Origin: Chloroflexota bacterium
GTDB taxonomy: Bacteria > Chloroflexota > Limnocylindria > QHBO01
Direction: 5' to 3'
NCBI GenBank assembly: GCA_040905185.1
Contig: JBBDRZ010000003.1
Coordinates: 137,339-201,338, forward strand
DNA length: 64,000 nt
Part shown: positions 21,333 through 30,592 of the stretch, piece after piece
Layout of the letters: every line of letters begins with the position of its first letter
Numbering within the stretch: position 1 is the first letter of the stretch
Position numbers and translations under genes: made by a program
Notes under the pieces: generated by a model
Database searches by the model: none
What the model was told of the DNA's origin: nothing
Seen by the model: the letters and a program-made list of their open reading frames with translations, nothing else

Positions 21333-22289
21333 TCAGGCCGAAGCGAGGCGTCCCAGGAGCGCGATCATGTCCAGGTCGCGGGGGAGGAAGTCCTGGAGCA
21401 TGATCCGCTGCGCCCCGGCGACCTCCAGCTCGCGGATTCGCGCGGCCGCCTGGTCCAGGGTCCCGAGAATCCACCGATCGCGCCGCTCGGCCAGCCAGGC
21501 CGTGGCATCGGCGCCGGCGTCCGCGCCGAAGGCCGCCAGCTGAGCGGCCACCCGCTCGCGCAGCTCGCCCTCCGACTCGGCCACCAGCACGCCGACCATG
21601 GCTGAGTACACGACCTCGTCTGGGTCGCGACCGATGGCCGCGCAGGCGGCGCGGACGCGGCCGAACGACTCGCGCACCCGCTCCGGCGTCGCGGACGACC
21701 GGTTGAACTCGTCGGCGTAGGTCGCCACCAGCCGCGCCTGGCGCGGTCCGCCGTCACCGCCCAGGATGAGATGGGGATGGCGACGTCCCGAGAACGTGGG
21801 GCGCGGACGGAACAGGGCGTCGCGGACCTGCCAGTATCGGCCGTCGAAGCCCCAGCCGTCGGGCTCGGTCCACAGGCCGTGGACGATGGCGAGCGTCTCC
21901 TCCAGCCGGTCGTAGCGCTCGCGCAGGGACGGAAACGGAATGCCCAGCGCGGCGTGCTCCTCCGCGTTCCAGCCAGCCCCGATGCCCACCTCGAGCCGCC
22001 CGCCGCTCATCTCGTCCACGGTGGCCACGACCTTGGCCAGGTTGCCGGGGAGACGGAAGGTGACCGGCGACACGAGCGCGCCGATCCGGACGGTCGTCGT
22101 TTCGCGAGCCAGTCCGGCCAACGTGGCCCACGCGTCAGTCGACGGCTGGTCGGGCGGGCCGGGGAAGCCACGGTAGTGGTCCGAGCGGAAGAAGGCTTCC
22201 AGGCCCGTCGTCTCCGCCGCGCGGGCCGCGGCCAGAATTTCGGCGTAGCTGAGCCCCTGCTGGGGCTCGGTCATGAGCGCGAAGCGCAT
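21333..22289 (-). CDS. LLM-class F420-dependent oxidoreductase (luciferase-like monooxygenase family)
   Basis: LLM fold motifs (GIGAGW, ILGGDGG). Assignment to the F420 subclass is by overall similarity. Confidence 0.75.
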   Translation of the reverse strand: MRFALMTEPQQGLSYAEILAAARAAETTGLEAFFRSDHYRGFPGPPDQPSTDAWATLAGLARETTTVRIGALVSPVTFRLPGNLAKVVATVDEMSGGRLEVGIGAGWNAEEHAALGIPFPSLRERYDRLEETLAIVHGLWTEPDGWGFDGRYWQVRDALFRPRPTFSGRRHPHLILGGDGGPRQARLVATYADEFNRSSATPERVRESFGRVRAACAAIGRDPDEVVYSAMVGVLVAESEGELRERVAAQLAAFGADAGADATAWLAERRDRWILGTLDQAAARIRELEVAGAQRIMLQDFLPRDLDMIALLGRLASA

Positions 22290-22298
22290 AGGGTCAGG

Positions 22299-22811
22299 TT
22301 ATCCGCTGACGCCGCGCCGGCGAATGACGGCCCGCGCGGTGGCCGGGTCGAAACCGCGACGGACCAGGAACATTCCCAGCCGTTGCAGCGCACGTCCGTC
22401 CTCGGGGATCGGGCGTCCGCGGAGGTGCCGTTCGAGCGCTGCCGCCGCCCGCTCCTCCTCGCTCAGCCCGAGATCGCCTGCGGTGCGGAGCGTTTCGATG
22501 ACCGCGGCCGGAACGCGCTTGGCGCGCAGCTCGGTCTCGAGTGCCATCCGGCCGCGCGGCGCGTGTCGGTCGCGCTGCTCGACCCACCACCGGGCGAAGG
22601 CGACATCGTCCACCAGGCCGATGCGGGCCAGCCGATTCAGTGCGGCGCTCACGACCACATCTGTGGCGCCCGCGCGACGCAGCCGCTGCTCGACCTCCCA
22701 GCGCGAGCGCGGGCGCGTTCCGAGGAAGCGACCCGCTATCTCGAAGGCCTGTTCAGCGTCCGGCGGCGGGCGCGGCTCACGGGCCGCCTTGTTTGTCCTG
22801 GCGCCGGCCAC
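22299..22811 (-). CDS. recX: Recombination regulator RecX
   Basis: A 170-aa helical-repeat protein immediately downstream of recA. GTG start. Confidence 0.85.
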   Translation of the reverse strand: MAGARTNKAAREPRPPPDAEQAFEIAGRFLGTRPRSRWEVEQRLRRAGATDVVVSAALNRLARIGLVDDVAFARWWVEQRDRHAPRGRMALETELRAKRVPAAVIETLRTAGDLGLSEEERAAAALERHLRGRPIPEDGRALQRLGMFLVRRGFDPATARAVIRRRGVSG

Positions 22812-22817
22812 CCGGGG

Positions 22818-23891
22818 CTAGACCGTCTCGGACTCCGCCTCGGGGAGCGGGCCGTCCGGGCCGACGACGATGGCCGCCACCCGGCCGCGGATCTCGTCCT
22901 CGATCGTTTCGGCCATGCGCGGGTTGGCCTTCAGGAACTCGCGGGAGTTCTCGCGACCCTGCCCCAGGCGGGTGTCGCCGTAGTTGAACCATGCGCCGGT
23001 CTTGGACAGCACTCCGGACGCGATGCCAACGTCCAGCAGCCCGCCCTCGCGGCTGATGCCCTCGTTGTAGATGATGTCGAACTCGGCGACCCGGAATGGC
23101 GAGGCGACCTTGTTCTTGACGACCTTCACCCGGGTCCGGCTCCCGAACGCATCGGTCCCGTTCTTGAGAGTCTCGATGCGTCGGATGTCCAACCGGATGG
23201 AGGCGTAGAACTTCAGGGCTCGCCCGCCCGGCGTCGTCTCCGGGTTGCCGAACATGACGCCGATCTTCTCGCGCAGCTGGTTGGTGAAGACCAGGGCCGT
23301 GTTGGAGCGGCTCACCGCACCGGTCAGCTTGCGCAGCGCCTGGCTCATCAGGCGGGCCTGGAGGCCGACGAACGAGTCCCCCATCTCGCCCTCGATCTCG
23401 GCACGGGGCACCAGGGCAGCCACCGAGTCGACGATCACGGCGTCCACCCCGTTGCTGCGGATCAGGGTCTCGGCGATCTCAAGTGCCTGCTCCCCGGTGT
23501 CCGGCTGGCTGACCAGCAGCTCGTCGACGTTGACGCCCAGGTTGCGGGCGTAGGTGGGATCCAGGGCGTGCTCGGCGTCGATGAAGGCCACGATCCCGCC
23601 CGCCCGCTGGGCGTTGGCGGCGATGTGGTAGCCCAGCGTCGTCTTGCCGCTCGATTCGGGACCGAAGATCTCCGTGATCCGGCCCCGCGGGACGCCGCCC
23701 ACACCGGTCGCCAGGTCCAGCGCAATGGACCCGGTGGGGATGACATCCACGGCCATCTTGGCGCCCGTGTCGCCGAGACGCATGATCGAGCCCTGCCCGA
23801 ACTGTTTTTCGATCTGGAGGATGGCTGCGTCGACCGCGCGGGCGCGCTCGCCGTTGGCCTGGGTCTTGGGGGCGGCCGCGGTGGCGTCCAT
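22818..23891 (-). CDS. recA: Recombinase RecA
   Basis: GPESSGKTT Walker A and full-length RecA similarity. An in-frame GTG at 23939 would add 16 aa; the ATG at 23891 is preferred. Confidence 0.95.
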   Translation of the reverse strand: MDATAAAPKTQANGERARAVDAAILQIEKQFGQGSIMRLGDTGAKMAVDVIPTGSIALDLATGVGGVPRGRITEIFGPESSGKTTLGYHIAANAQRAGGIVAFIDAEHALDPTYARNLGVNVDELLVSQPDTGEQALEIAETLIRSNGVDAVIVDSVAALVPRAEIEGEMGDSFVGLQARLMSQALRKLTGAVSRSNTALVFTNQLREKIGVMFGNPETTPGGRALKFYASIRLDIRRIETLKNGTDAFGSRTRVKVVKNKVASPFRVAEFDIIYNEGISREGGLLDVGIASGVLSKTGAWFNYGDTRLGQGRENSREFLKANPRMAETIEDEIRGRVAAIVVGPDGPLPEAESETV

Positions 23892-23935
23892 GCGGTGTCC
23901 GTGCTCCTTCTCGTCTGCCTGGGTAGCTCCGCGGG

Positions 23936-24085
23936 TCACCCGGCCTCGGGCTCGTCGCGCGGCTTGCGCCTGGGCTTGATGACCTCCACCGTCATGGGCT
24001 CATAGACCATGGGCGGAGCGGCCTTGTGGGCCTTGTCCCTGGGCTTTCGCTTGGGTTGTTTCTTGGGGCGGTCTCGGTTTCCCAT
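23936..24085 (-). CDS. Candidate small basic protein (49 aa, [49 protein letters not shown])
   Basis: It was missed by the ORF track because of its length. GC3 is about 86%, consistent with coding in this genome. The ATG lies 6 nt after the tgt stop, and the stop TGA overlaps the in-frame GTG of recA at 23939. No SD sequence is present. Confidence 0.3.
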   Translation of the reverse strand: MGNRDRPKKQPKRKPRDKAHKAAPPMVYEPMTVEVIKPRRKPRDEPEAG

Positions 24086-24091
24086 CGGTAT

Positions 24092-25294
24092 TCACTCGTC
24101 CAGGCGGGGGTCCGAGGCAGGGTCAGTCTCGGCGTGGGCCCGTATCGGTCCATTACCAGTCGATTGCGGGTCGTCGCTCGGAGCGGCGAACTGGCTCGTC
24201 ACGCGGTCGCGAAGGGCCTGATAACCGCCATCGCGGAGCCCCTGGCGGATGGCCCGCATCAGGTCGAGAGTATAGGTGAGGTTGTGGACCGAGGTGAGCC
24301 GATGGACGAGCAGCTCTCCGGCCCGGAACAGGTGGGCGAGGTAGGCCCGCGAGTAGTCCCGGCAGGTCTCGCAGGCACAGGCGTCGTCCACCGGCCGCGG
24401 GTCGTCCAGCAGCGCCGCGTTGCCCAGCCGGAGGCGCCCGTGCCAGGTCCACAGCTGGCCATGGCGAGCCAGGCGGGTGGGCAGGACGCAGTCGAACAGG
24501 TCCACCCCGTGCTCGATGGCCGCGAAGAAGTCGTCCGGCGCCCCCACCCCCATCAAGTAACGCGGGCGCGGATCGTCGCCCAGGACGCCGGCCACGACCT
24601 CCAGCGCGTCCGCCATCTCCGCTTTCGACTCCCCCACCGACAAGCCGCCGATGGCGATGCCTTCGAATGGCAGGCCGGCGATGGCTCGCGCGGATTCGGC
24701 CCGCAGGCTGCGGTCAACGCCGCCCTGCACGATCCCGAATACCGCCTGCTCCTCCCGACCGCGGGCCTCGAGTGAGCGGCCGGCCCATCCATGGGTGCGC
24801 TCCATCGCATCCCGGACGGCTTCGGTCGAAGCGCTGGAGCCGACGAGGTGGTCGAGGACCATCGCGATATCGCTCCCCAGCGCCTCCTGGATGGCGATCG
24901 CTCGCTCCGGGGTCAGCCGTTGCGCCGATCCGTCGAGGTGCGAGGCGAAGGTCACGCCATCGTCATCCACCGTTCGGATGTGGCCCAGGCTGAACACCTG
25001 GAACCCGCCGGAATCGGTCAGGATCGGTCCATCCCAGGCCATGAACCGATGCAGGCCGCCCAGGCGCGCGATCCGATCCTCGCCCGGCCGCAGCGACAGG
25101 TGGTAGGTGTTGGCGAGCAGGATCTGGGTCCCGGTCGCCCGCAGGTCGGTCGGGGTGACCGCTTTCACGCTGGCCTGGGTGCCGACGGGCATGAACTGGG
25201 GCGTGTCGACGGTCCCGTGGGCTGTCTCCAGGGTTCCCAGCCGGGCACGGGCGACGCCAGTCGGCTCGACGCTGAACTGGATGGGCGGCGGCAC
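24092..25294 (-). CDS. tgt: Queuine tRNA-ribosyltransferase
   Basis: Tgt motifs (LANTYHL, TDSGGFQ, zinc site CxCxxC..H). GTG start. Confidence 0.9.
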   Translation of the reverse strand: MPPPIQFSVEPTGVARARLGTLETAHGTVDTPQFMPVGTQASVKAVTPTDLRATGTQILLANTYHLSLRPGEDRIARLGGLHRFMAWDGPILTDSGGFQVFSLGHIRTVDDDGVTFASHLDGSAQRLTPERAIAIQEALGSDIAMVLDHLVGSSASTEAVRDAMERTHGWAGRSLEARGREEQAVFGIVQGGVDRSLRAESARAIAGLPFEGIAIGGLSVGESKAEMADALEVVAGVLGDDPRPRYLMGVGAPDDFFAAIEHGVDLFDCVLPTRLARHGQLWTWHGRLRLGNAALLDDPRPVDDACACETCRDYSRAYLAHLFRAGELLVHRLTSVHNLTYTLDLMRAIRQGLRDGGYQALRDRVTSQFAAPSDDPQSTGNGPIRAHAETDPASDPRLDE

Positions 25295-25318
25295 GGGCCG
25301 AGGATACCGGCCGGCCTG

Positions 25319-26392
25319 CTAGAGGATGAGCATGGCGTCCCCGAACGAGTAGAAGCGATAGCCCGAGTCCAGGGCCGCGCGGTAGGCGGCGAGGAGCGTG
25401 TCGCGTGCCTCGAGCGGGGTGGTGCCCGGCATGCCGTCCTGGACGAAGGCGGTGACCAGGAGCAGGAGCGAGCTGCGCGGCAGATGGAAGTTCGTGATCA
25501 GCGCGTCGACCGATCGGAACCGATGCGGAGGCTTGACGTAGAGATCGGTCCAGCCGTCGGAGTCGCCGGTGCGGGCCAGGGTCTCGAGGACCCGGGTGGT
25601 GGTGGTCCCAACCGCGACCGCTCGGTTTCCCGCTGCTTTCGCGGTCGCGATGGCCGTTCGGGTCGCGTGTGGGACGGTGTACCACTCTCGGTGGATGCGA
25701 TGCTCGTCGATGTAGCTGCCCTCGAGCGGCTGGAACGTGTCGAGCCCAACGTGGAGCGTCACCGTCGCCCGACTGATCCTCGTCGCGGCCAGCTCGTCCA
25801 GCAGGCTCGGCGTGAAGTGCAGGCCAGCGGTGGGAGCCGCGGCGGATCCCGGAGGCTCCGCGTAGACGGTCTGGTACCGCTCGTCCGGCGCGGCTCGTGC
25901 CGTGATGTACGGCGGCAGCGGCATTTCCCCGGCCGCGGCCATCACGGCCTCCGCTTCGCGCGGCAGCTGCACCGCCCGTGTCCCCTCCCCCGTCCGCTCC
26001 CCGATGACCAGTTCGTCCCCGGTGGACAACCGTACGGTGGCGCCGTTGCGCAGGCGGCGAGACGGACGCACGAGGGCCTCCCATCGATGGTCAGCCAGGG
26101 GGCGCAGGAGCAGCACCTCGGCCGCTCCCCCGCCGGCGCGCTGACCGCGGAGCCGAGCCCGCAGAACGCGGCTGTCGTTCACGACCAGCAGGTCGCCGGG
26201 TCGGAGCCATCTGCCGATTGCAGCGAACCGGGCCTCGGTCAGCGCGGGCTGCCCGGGCCGCGAGGCGCGCCGATCGAGGACCAACAGCCGGCTCGCGTCC
26301 CGCGGCTCGGCCGGTGTCTGAGCCACGGCCCCGATCGGGAGGTCATAGTCAAATTCGTCGACGCGGAGCCGAGGGGGAGCCGGATCGGTCAC
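25319..26392 (-). CDS. queA: S-adenosylmethionine:tRNA ribosyltransferase-isomerase
   Basis: FDYDLP, LLVVNDSRV and MPLPPYI motifs. GTG start. Confidence 0.9.
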   Translation of the reverse strand: MTDPAPPRLRVDEFDYDLPIGAVAQTPAEPRDASRLLVLDRRASRPGQPALTEARFAAIGRWLRPGDLLVVNDSRVLRARLRGQRAGGGAAEVLLLRPLADHRWEALVRPSRRLRNGATVRLSTGDELVIGERTGEGTRAVQLPREAEAVMAAAGEMPLPPYITARAAPDERYQTVYAEPPGSAAAPTAGLHFTPSLLDELAATRISRATVTLHVGLDTFQPLEGSYIDEHRIHREWYTVPHATRTAIATAKAAGNRAVAVGTTTTRVLETLARTGDSDGWTDLYVKPPHRFRSVDALITNFHLPRSSLLLLVTAFVQDGMPGTTPLEARDTLLAAYRAALDSGYRFYSFGDAMLIL

Positions 26393-26460
26393 CCCCAGAG
26401 GCTAGCGGCAAACACAGCGCCCGGCCGGATCGCCCGGCCGGGCGCCATCGGTCAGGAGGC

Positions 26461-27786
26461 CTAGATGTAGGCCTTGAGAACCTCCTGCAGGAAGTAGACG
26501 ACGAACGCCAGGGCCACGACCCACATCAGCCAGTGGACCTGGCTCCACTTGCCACGGACCACCTTGATGAACACCCATGCGACGAACGCCGCACCGATGC
26601 CGGTGGTGATGTTGAACGTCAATGGCATGAGGGTGATCCCGAGCAGGGCGGGGAAGCCCTCCTCGAAGTCACTGAAGTCGATGTCCTTGACCAGGGTCGC
26701 CATCAGGTAGCCGACCACGATCAGAACCGGTGCCGTGGCCGCGAAGGGAACGAGCGCCACCAGCGGCGAGAGCAGGATCATGACCACGAACAGGAGGCCA
26801 ACCACGACCGACGAGAGGCCGGTCCGTGCTCCCTCGGCGACGCCCGCGGCACTCTCGATGTAGCTCGTGTTCGAGCTGATGCCGGCGGCCCCACCGGCCG
26901 CAGCGGCCAGCGAGTCCACGAGCAGGAGCCGGCGGATGGCCGGCACTTTGCCCTCGGGCGTCATCAGCCCGGCCTGCTCGCTGATGGCGGTGGCGGTTCC
27001 CATCGTGTCGAAGAAGTCCGCCAGCATGAGGGTGAAGATCGTTAGCAGCGCCACGGCCAGGGACAGGCTTTCAAAGACGCTGAAGTCGAACGCCCCAAGG
27101 GTCGAGAAGTCGGGAGTCACCGAGATTCCGCCCTCGGGAAGGGAGCTGACGCCCAGCAGGTAGGCAAGGATGCTGGTCAGGATGATGCTGATCAGCAGTG
27201 CCGCGCGCATCTTCCGGGCGTACAGGATGACGGTGATCGCCAGGCCGGCCAGGGTCACCCAGGCGGCCGTGCTGATCGGGAACACGAAGTTGACCGGGAC
27301 CGGTCCCTCCTGGCCCACGATCAGGCCTCCATCCACGAGGCCGATGAACAGGATGAACAGGCCGATGCCGACCGCGATGGCCCGCTTGAGGGCCATGGGC
27401 ACGGCATCCATGATGGCTTCCCGAAGGCCGAGGAGCACGAGCACGGTGACGGCCAGGCCTTCGAGAACGATGACGCCCATGGCGCCCGCGGGCGACAGGC
27501 CCAGGCCCAGCACCAGGGTGAAGGCCACGACACCATTGATACCCAGGCCGGCGGCCAGGGCCAGCGGGACATTGGCGATGAGGCCCATTGCGATGGTCGC
27601 GATGGCGGCCACGAGAGCGGTGGCTGCGGCAGCCGCCGCCGGTTCGATGCCCGCCGCGGCAAGGATGGCTGGGTTCACGGCCACGATGTAGACCATGACC
27701 ATGAACGTGGTGACGCCGGCCCGGACTTCGGTGCCGAACGTCGTGCCCCGTTCCTGGAGTTTGAAGAACGAAGCTAGCGCTTCCAC
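26461..27786 (-). CDS. NCS2-family purine permease (AzgA/PbuG-like, adenine/guanine/hypoxanthine)
   Basis: A 441-aa polytopic membrane protein with AzgA-type N-terminus (FKLQERGTTFGTEVRAG). GTG start with an AGGAGGG RBS. Confidence 0.85.
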   Translation of the reverse strand: MEALASFFKLQERGTTFGTEVRAGVTTFMVMVYIVAVNPAILAAAGIEPAAAAAATALVAAIATIAMGLIANVPLALAAGLGINGVVAFTLVLGLGLSPAGAMGVIVLEGLAVTVLVLLGLREAIMDAVPMALKRAIAVGIGLFILFIGLVDGGLIVGQEGPVPVNFVFPISTAAWVTLAGLAITVILYARKMRAALLISIILTSILAYLLGVSSLPEGGISVTPDFSTLGAFDFSVFESLSLAVALLTIFTLMLADFFDTMGTATAISEQAGLMTPEGKVPAIRRLLLVDSLAAAAGGAAGISSNTSYIESAAGVAEGARTGLSSVVVGLLFVVMILLSPLVALVPFAATAPVLIVVGYLMATLVKDIDFSDFEEGFPALLGITLMPLTFNITTGIGAAFVAWVFIKVVRGKWSQVHWLMWVVALAFVVYFLQEVLKAYI

Positions 27787-27883
27787 GCTGGTGGGACCCT
27801 CCTGACTCCCTGGGCCGATGCCGCGCCAAGGGCCTGGGCGCGTGACACGACCCGGACGCCGATCCTACCCCCCAGACAAACCC

Positions 27884-27900
27884 CGGGTCGGGGCTTTTCT
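27884..27900 (-). terminator. Hairpin ccccgacccgggg followed by UUUGUCU on the minus strand; candidate intrinsic terminator downstream of ruvB and upstream of the permease
   Basis: A 5-bp GC stem with a U-rich tail when read on the minus strand. It is A-rich on the other side, so it could act bidirectionally. Confidence 0.4.
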
Positions 27901-27970
27901 GCGTGGTCGCTACGCAGGGCAGAGCGGCCTCGATCTGACCCTCAACCAGGCGGCTGCTCCGCCGCCGAAG

Positions 27971-29020
27971 TCAGTCGAACAGGCCCTTCTGATCGGACCC
28001 CACGGGGGCCGGCTCGGCGGGTGGCGCCAGCCCCAAATGGGCCCAGGCGCCGGGGGTCAGCTGTCGCCCACGCGACGTTCGGGCCAGCAGCCCGGCCTGG
28101 ATGAGGTACGGCTCCACCACGTCCTCGATCGTCTCGACCGGCTCACTGATCGTGGCGGCCATGGTCTGCAGGCCCACCGGACCTCCGCCGTGATGTTGGG
28201 CGATGGCGGTCAGCAGCTGGCGGTCCAGGGTGTCCAGGCCGCGCTCGTCGATGTCCAGCAGCCCCAGCGCCGCCTCTGACGCCGCGGCCGTCGCCCGCCC
28301 GTCCCCGTCGCCCCGCACCTGGGCGTAGTCGCGGACCCGCTTGAGGAGCCGGTTGGCGATCCGCGGCGTGCCACGGCTGCGCCGGGCGATGAGCTCGGCC
28401 GCCTCATCGTCGAGCGGGATCTCGAGGATGCCCGCGCTGCGTCGGAGGATGGTGACCAGGTCGGCATCGGTGTAGTAGTCCAGCCGATGGGTGACCCCGA
28501 ACCGGTCGCGCAACGGGCCGGTGATGCTGCCCACCCGGGTCGTGGCCCCGATGACCGTGATCGGCTCGATCTGGAGGCGCACGGTACGGGCGCCCGGCCC
28601 CTTGCCCAGCACGATGTCGAGCACGAAGTCCTCCATGGCCGGGTACAGGACTTCCTCGACCACGTGCGACAGGCGATGGATCTCGTCGATGAACAGGACG
28701 TCGCCGCGCTGGAGTCCGGTCAGGATGGCGGCCAGGTCGCCGGCCCGTTCGATGGCCGGTCCCGACGTGGTTCGCAGCTGGGCCCCCAGCTCGGCAGCCA
28801 CGATGGTGGCCAGGGTCGTCTTGCCCAGCCCCGGCGGGCCGTACAGCAGGATGTGGTCGACCGGCTCCTGCCGCTGGCGCGCGGCGTCGATGAGGATGGC
28901 CAGGTTCTCCTTGATCCGTTCCTGCCCCGCGAACTCGTCCAGGCGGCGCGGCCGAACGGTGGCCTCGAGCGTCCTCTCTTCCTCGAGCACCTCCGCGCTG
29001 CCGACCCGTTCGATGGTCAT
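27971..29020 (-). CDS. ruvB: Holliday junction branch-migration helicase RuvB
   Basis: [14 protein letters not shown] and full RuvB similarity. Confidence 0.95.
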   Translation of the reverse strand: MTIERVGSAEVLEEERTLEATVRPRRLDEFAGQERIKENLAILIDAARQRQEPVDHILLYGPPGLGKTTLATIVAAELGAQLRTTSGPAIERAGDLAAILTGLQRGDVLFIDEIHRLSHVVEEVLYPAMEDFVLDIVLGKGPGARTVRLQIEPITVIGATTRVGSITGPLRDRFGVTHRLDYYTDADLVTILRRSAGILEIPLDDEAAELIARRSRGTPRIANRLLKRVRDYAQVRGDGDGRATAAASEAALGLLDIDERGLDTLDRQLLTAIAQHHGGGPVGLQTMAATISEPVETIEDVVEPYLIQAGLLARTSRGRQLTPGAWAHLGLAPPAEPAPVGSDQKGLFD

Positions 29021-29029
29021 GGCCGCAGT

Positions 29030-29602
29030 CTAGCCGCCCTCCAGGCGGGCCAGGTCGTCAGCGGTGTCGATATCCGGGGCGTGCGTGGGCACGGGGACGG
29101 CATGGACCAGGTCGGGGTTGCGGTGGAAGACCTCTCGCAGACCGATGTCACCGGCCAGCGTCGCCACCACGGGGAATGCCTCGCGTTCGAGGAGCACCGG
29201 CGGCGCCAGCCGGCCTCCCGACTGGGCGGCCAGGATGGGTCGCGTACCGCGGGCGGCGAGCACAACCGCGATGCTCTCTGGGGCCAGGGTGGGCTGGTCC
29301 ACCAACAGCACGAGGGCGGCGTGTCCGGGGGGCACGGCGCCGATGCCGAGCTGCAGCGAGGAGCTGAGCCCTCGCTCCGGTCTCGGGTTGACCACGGGAA
29401 CGACGCCCTCCGGCACGTCCGGAGCGCCCGAAACCACGGCGATCACCGGCTCCAGCCCAGCGCGATGCGCCAAGGCCGCAACGTGCCCCAGCAGCGTCCG
29501 CCCCCGCAGCCGCGCGCTCGCCTTGGGCCCCCCGAAGCGTCGTCCCAGGCCGGCGGCCAGGATCACCGCGGCCACCTCCGATCGGTCCTCCACGGGCGGC
29601 AT
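29030..29602 (-). CDS. mocA: Molybdenum cofactor cytidylyltransferase (MocA/PucB-like)
   Basis: VAAVILAAGLGRRFGGPKA nucleotidyltransferase motif. 190 aa. The longer ORF-track form is an out-of-frame artefact. Confidence 0.75.
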   Translation of the reverse strand: MPPVEDRSEVAAVILAAGLGRRFGGPKASARLRGRTLLGHVAALAHRAGLEPVIAVVSGAPDVPEGVVPVVNPRPERGLSSSLQLGIGAVPPGHAALVLLVDQPTLAPESIAVVLAARGTRPILAAQSGGRLAPPVLLEREAFPVVATLAGDIGLREVFHRNPDLVHAVPVPTHAPDIDTADDLARLEGG

Positions 29603-29611
29603 ACTGGACCC

Positions 29612-30592
29612 ATGATCGACGAGGCGCTGGCCGCCCTGCGCACCTGGCATACGGCGGGCCAGGACGCGGCCTTGGCGACTGTCGTGCGGGTCGAGGGGTC
29701 CGCCCCTCGCGAGGTGGGGGCCAAGCTGGCGGTGACCGCCGACGGCCAGATGGCGGGCTCGGTCAGCGGGGGTTGCGTGGAAGGCGATGTCGTCGAGCAT
29801 GCCCGCGCGGTGTTGCGGAGTGGAGAATCGGTCCTGAAGCGGTATGGGATCTCCGATGACGAGGGCCTGGAAGTGGGTCTCATGTGCGGCGGCAGCATCG
29901 AGGTTCTGATCGAGCCGGTGCGCGGGCACAGTGCCTCGCTGATCGAGCTCTTCACCGCCCTGGTTGCCGCCGGCAAGCCCACGGCTAGGGAGATCGGCAT
30001 CACAGGAACGGCGGTGGGGACGCGACGCGTGCTGGACGGCCAGGAAGCGCTGGCCGCGACCGACCGGTCCGACGCCGTCTACGACCGCGTATCGCCCGCG
30101 CCGCGGGTATGGATCGTGGGCGCGGGCCACATCGCCGAGCACGTGGCTGCCTTCGCCGCGCGCGCGGGCTTGGCCCCGCTGGTGGTCGACCCGCGGCGGT
30201 TGTTCGCCGGGCAGCCACGGCTCGAGGGCCTGGAGGTCATCGCCGACTGGCCGGATCGCGCGTTCGCCGCCCGCGGTCTGCGGCCCGACGACTCGGTGGT
30301 CGTGCTGTCCCACGACCCGAAGATCGACGAGCCGGCCCTGGTGGCGGCGCTGAGCGCGGACATCGGCTACGTGGGCGCCATCGGCAGCCAGCGTGCCCAG
30401 GCGGAACGTCGCGCCCGCCTGCGGGCAGCCGGCGTGGACGACGCGAGTCTGGCCCGCCTGCATGCCCCCATCGGCCTCGATCTGGGCGGCCGGGAGCCGG
30501 CCGAGATTGGTCTGGCCATCGTCGCCGAGCTGATCGCCGCGCGTCACGGTCGGGAGGGTGGACCGATGCCGAGACTGAGCAGCCGCGCGTGA
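29612..30592 (+). CDS. xdhC: XdhC/CoxI-family xanthine dehydrogenase accessory (Moco insertion) protein
   Basis: XdhC_CoxI N- and C-domains (VVRVEGSAPREVGAKL, WIVGAGHIAEHVA). The ATG at 29612 is in frame with the long ORF-track entry. Confidence 0.8.
   Translation: MIDEALAALRTWHTAGQDAALATVVRVEGSAPREVGAKLAVTADGQMAGSVSGGCVEGDVVEHARAVLRSGESVLKRYGISDDEGLEVGLMCGGSIEVLIEPVRGHSASLIELFTALVAAGKPTAREIGITGTAVGTRRVLDGQEALAATDRSDAVYDRVSPAPRVWIVGAGHIAEHVAAFAARAGLAPLVVDPRRLFAGQPRLEGLEVIADWPDRAFAARGLRPDDSVVVLSHDPKIDEPALVAALSADIGYVGAIGSQRAQAERRARLRAAGVDDASLARLHAPIGLDLGGREPAEIGLAIVAELIAARHGREGGPMPRLSSRA

Noticed and set aside
23892-24091. LexA/SOS box upstream of recA (Cheo-box GAAC-N4-GTTC or actinobacterial TCGAAC-N4-GTTCGA).
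   Set aside because: No such palindrome was found in the 200 bp upstream. The region is instead occupied by the candidate small ORF. The lineage may use a different LexA motif, so the absence is not conclusive.
27787-27970. Possible purine riboswitch in the 5' UTR of the NCS2 purine permease.
   Set aside because: I read the minus-strand UTR and found no UUUCUACC / CCGUAAAU-type purine-riboswitch core. The only structure is a GC hairpin with a U-rich tail that looks like the ruvB terminator.
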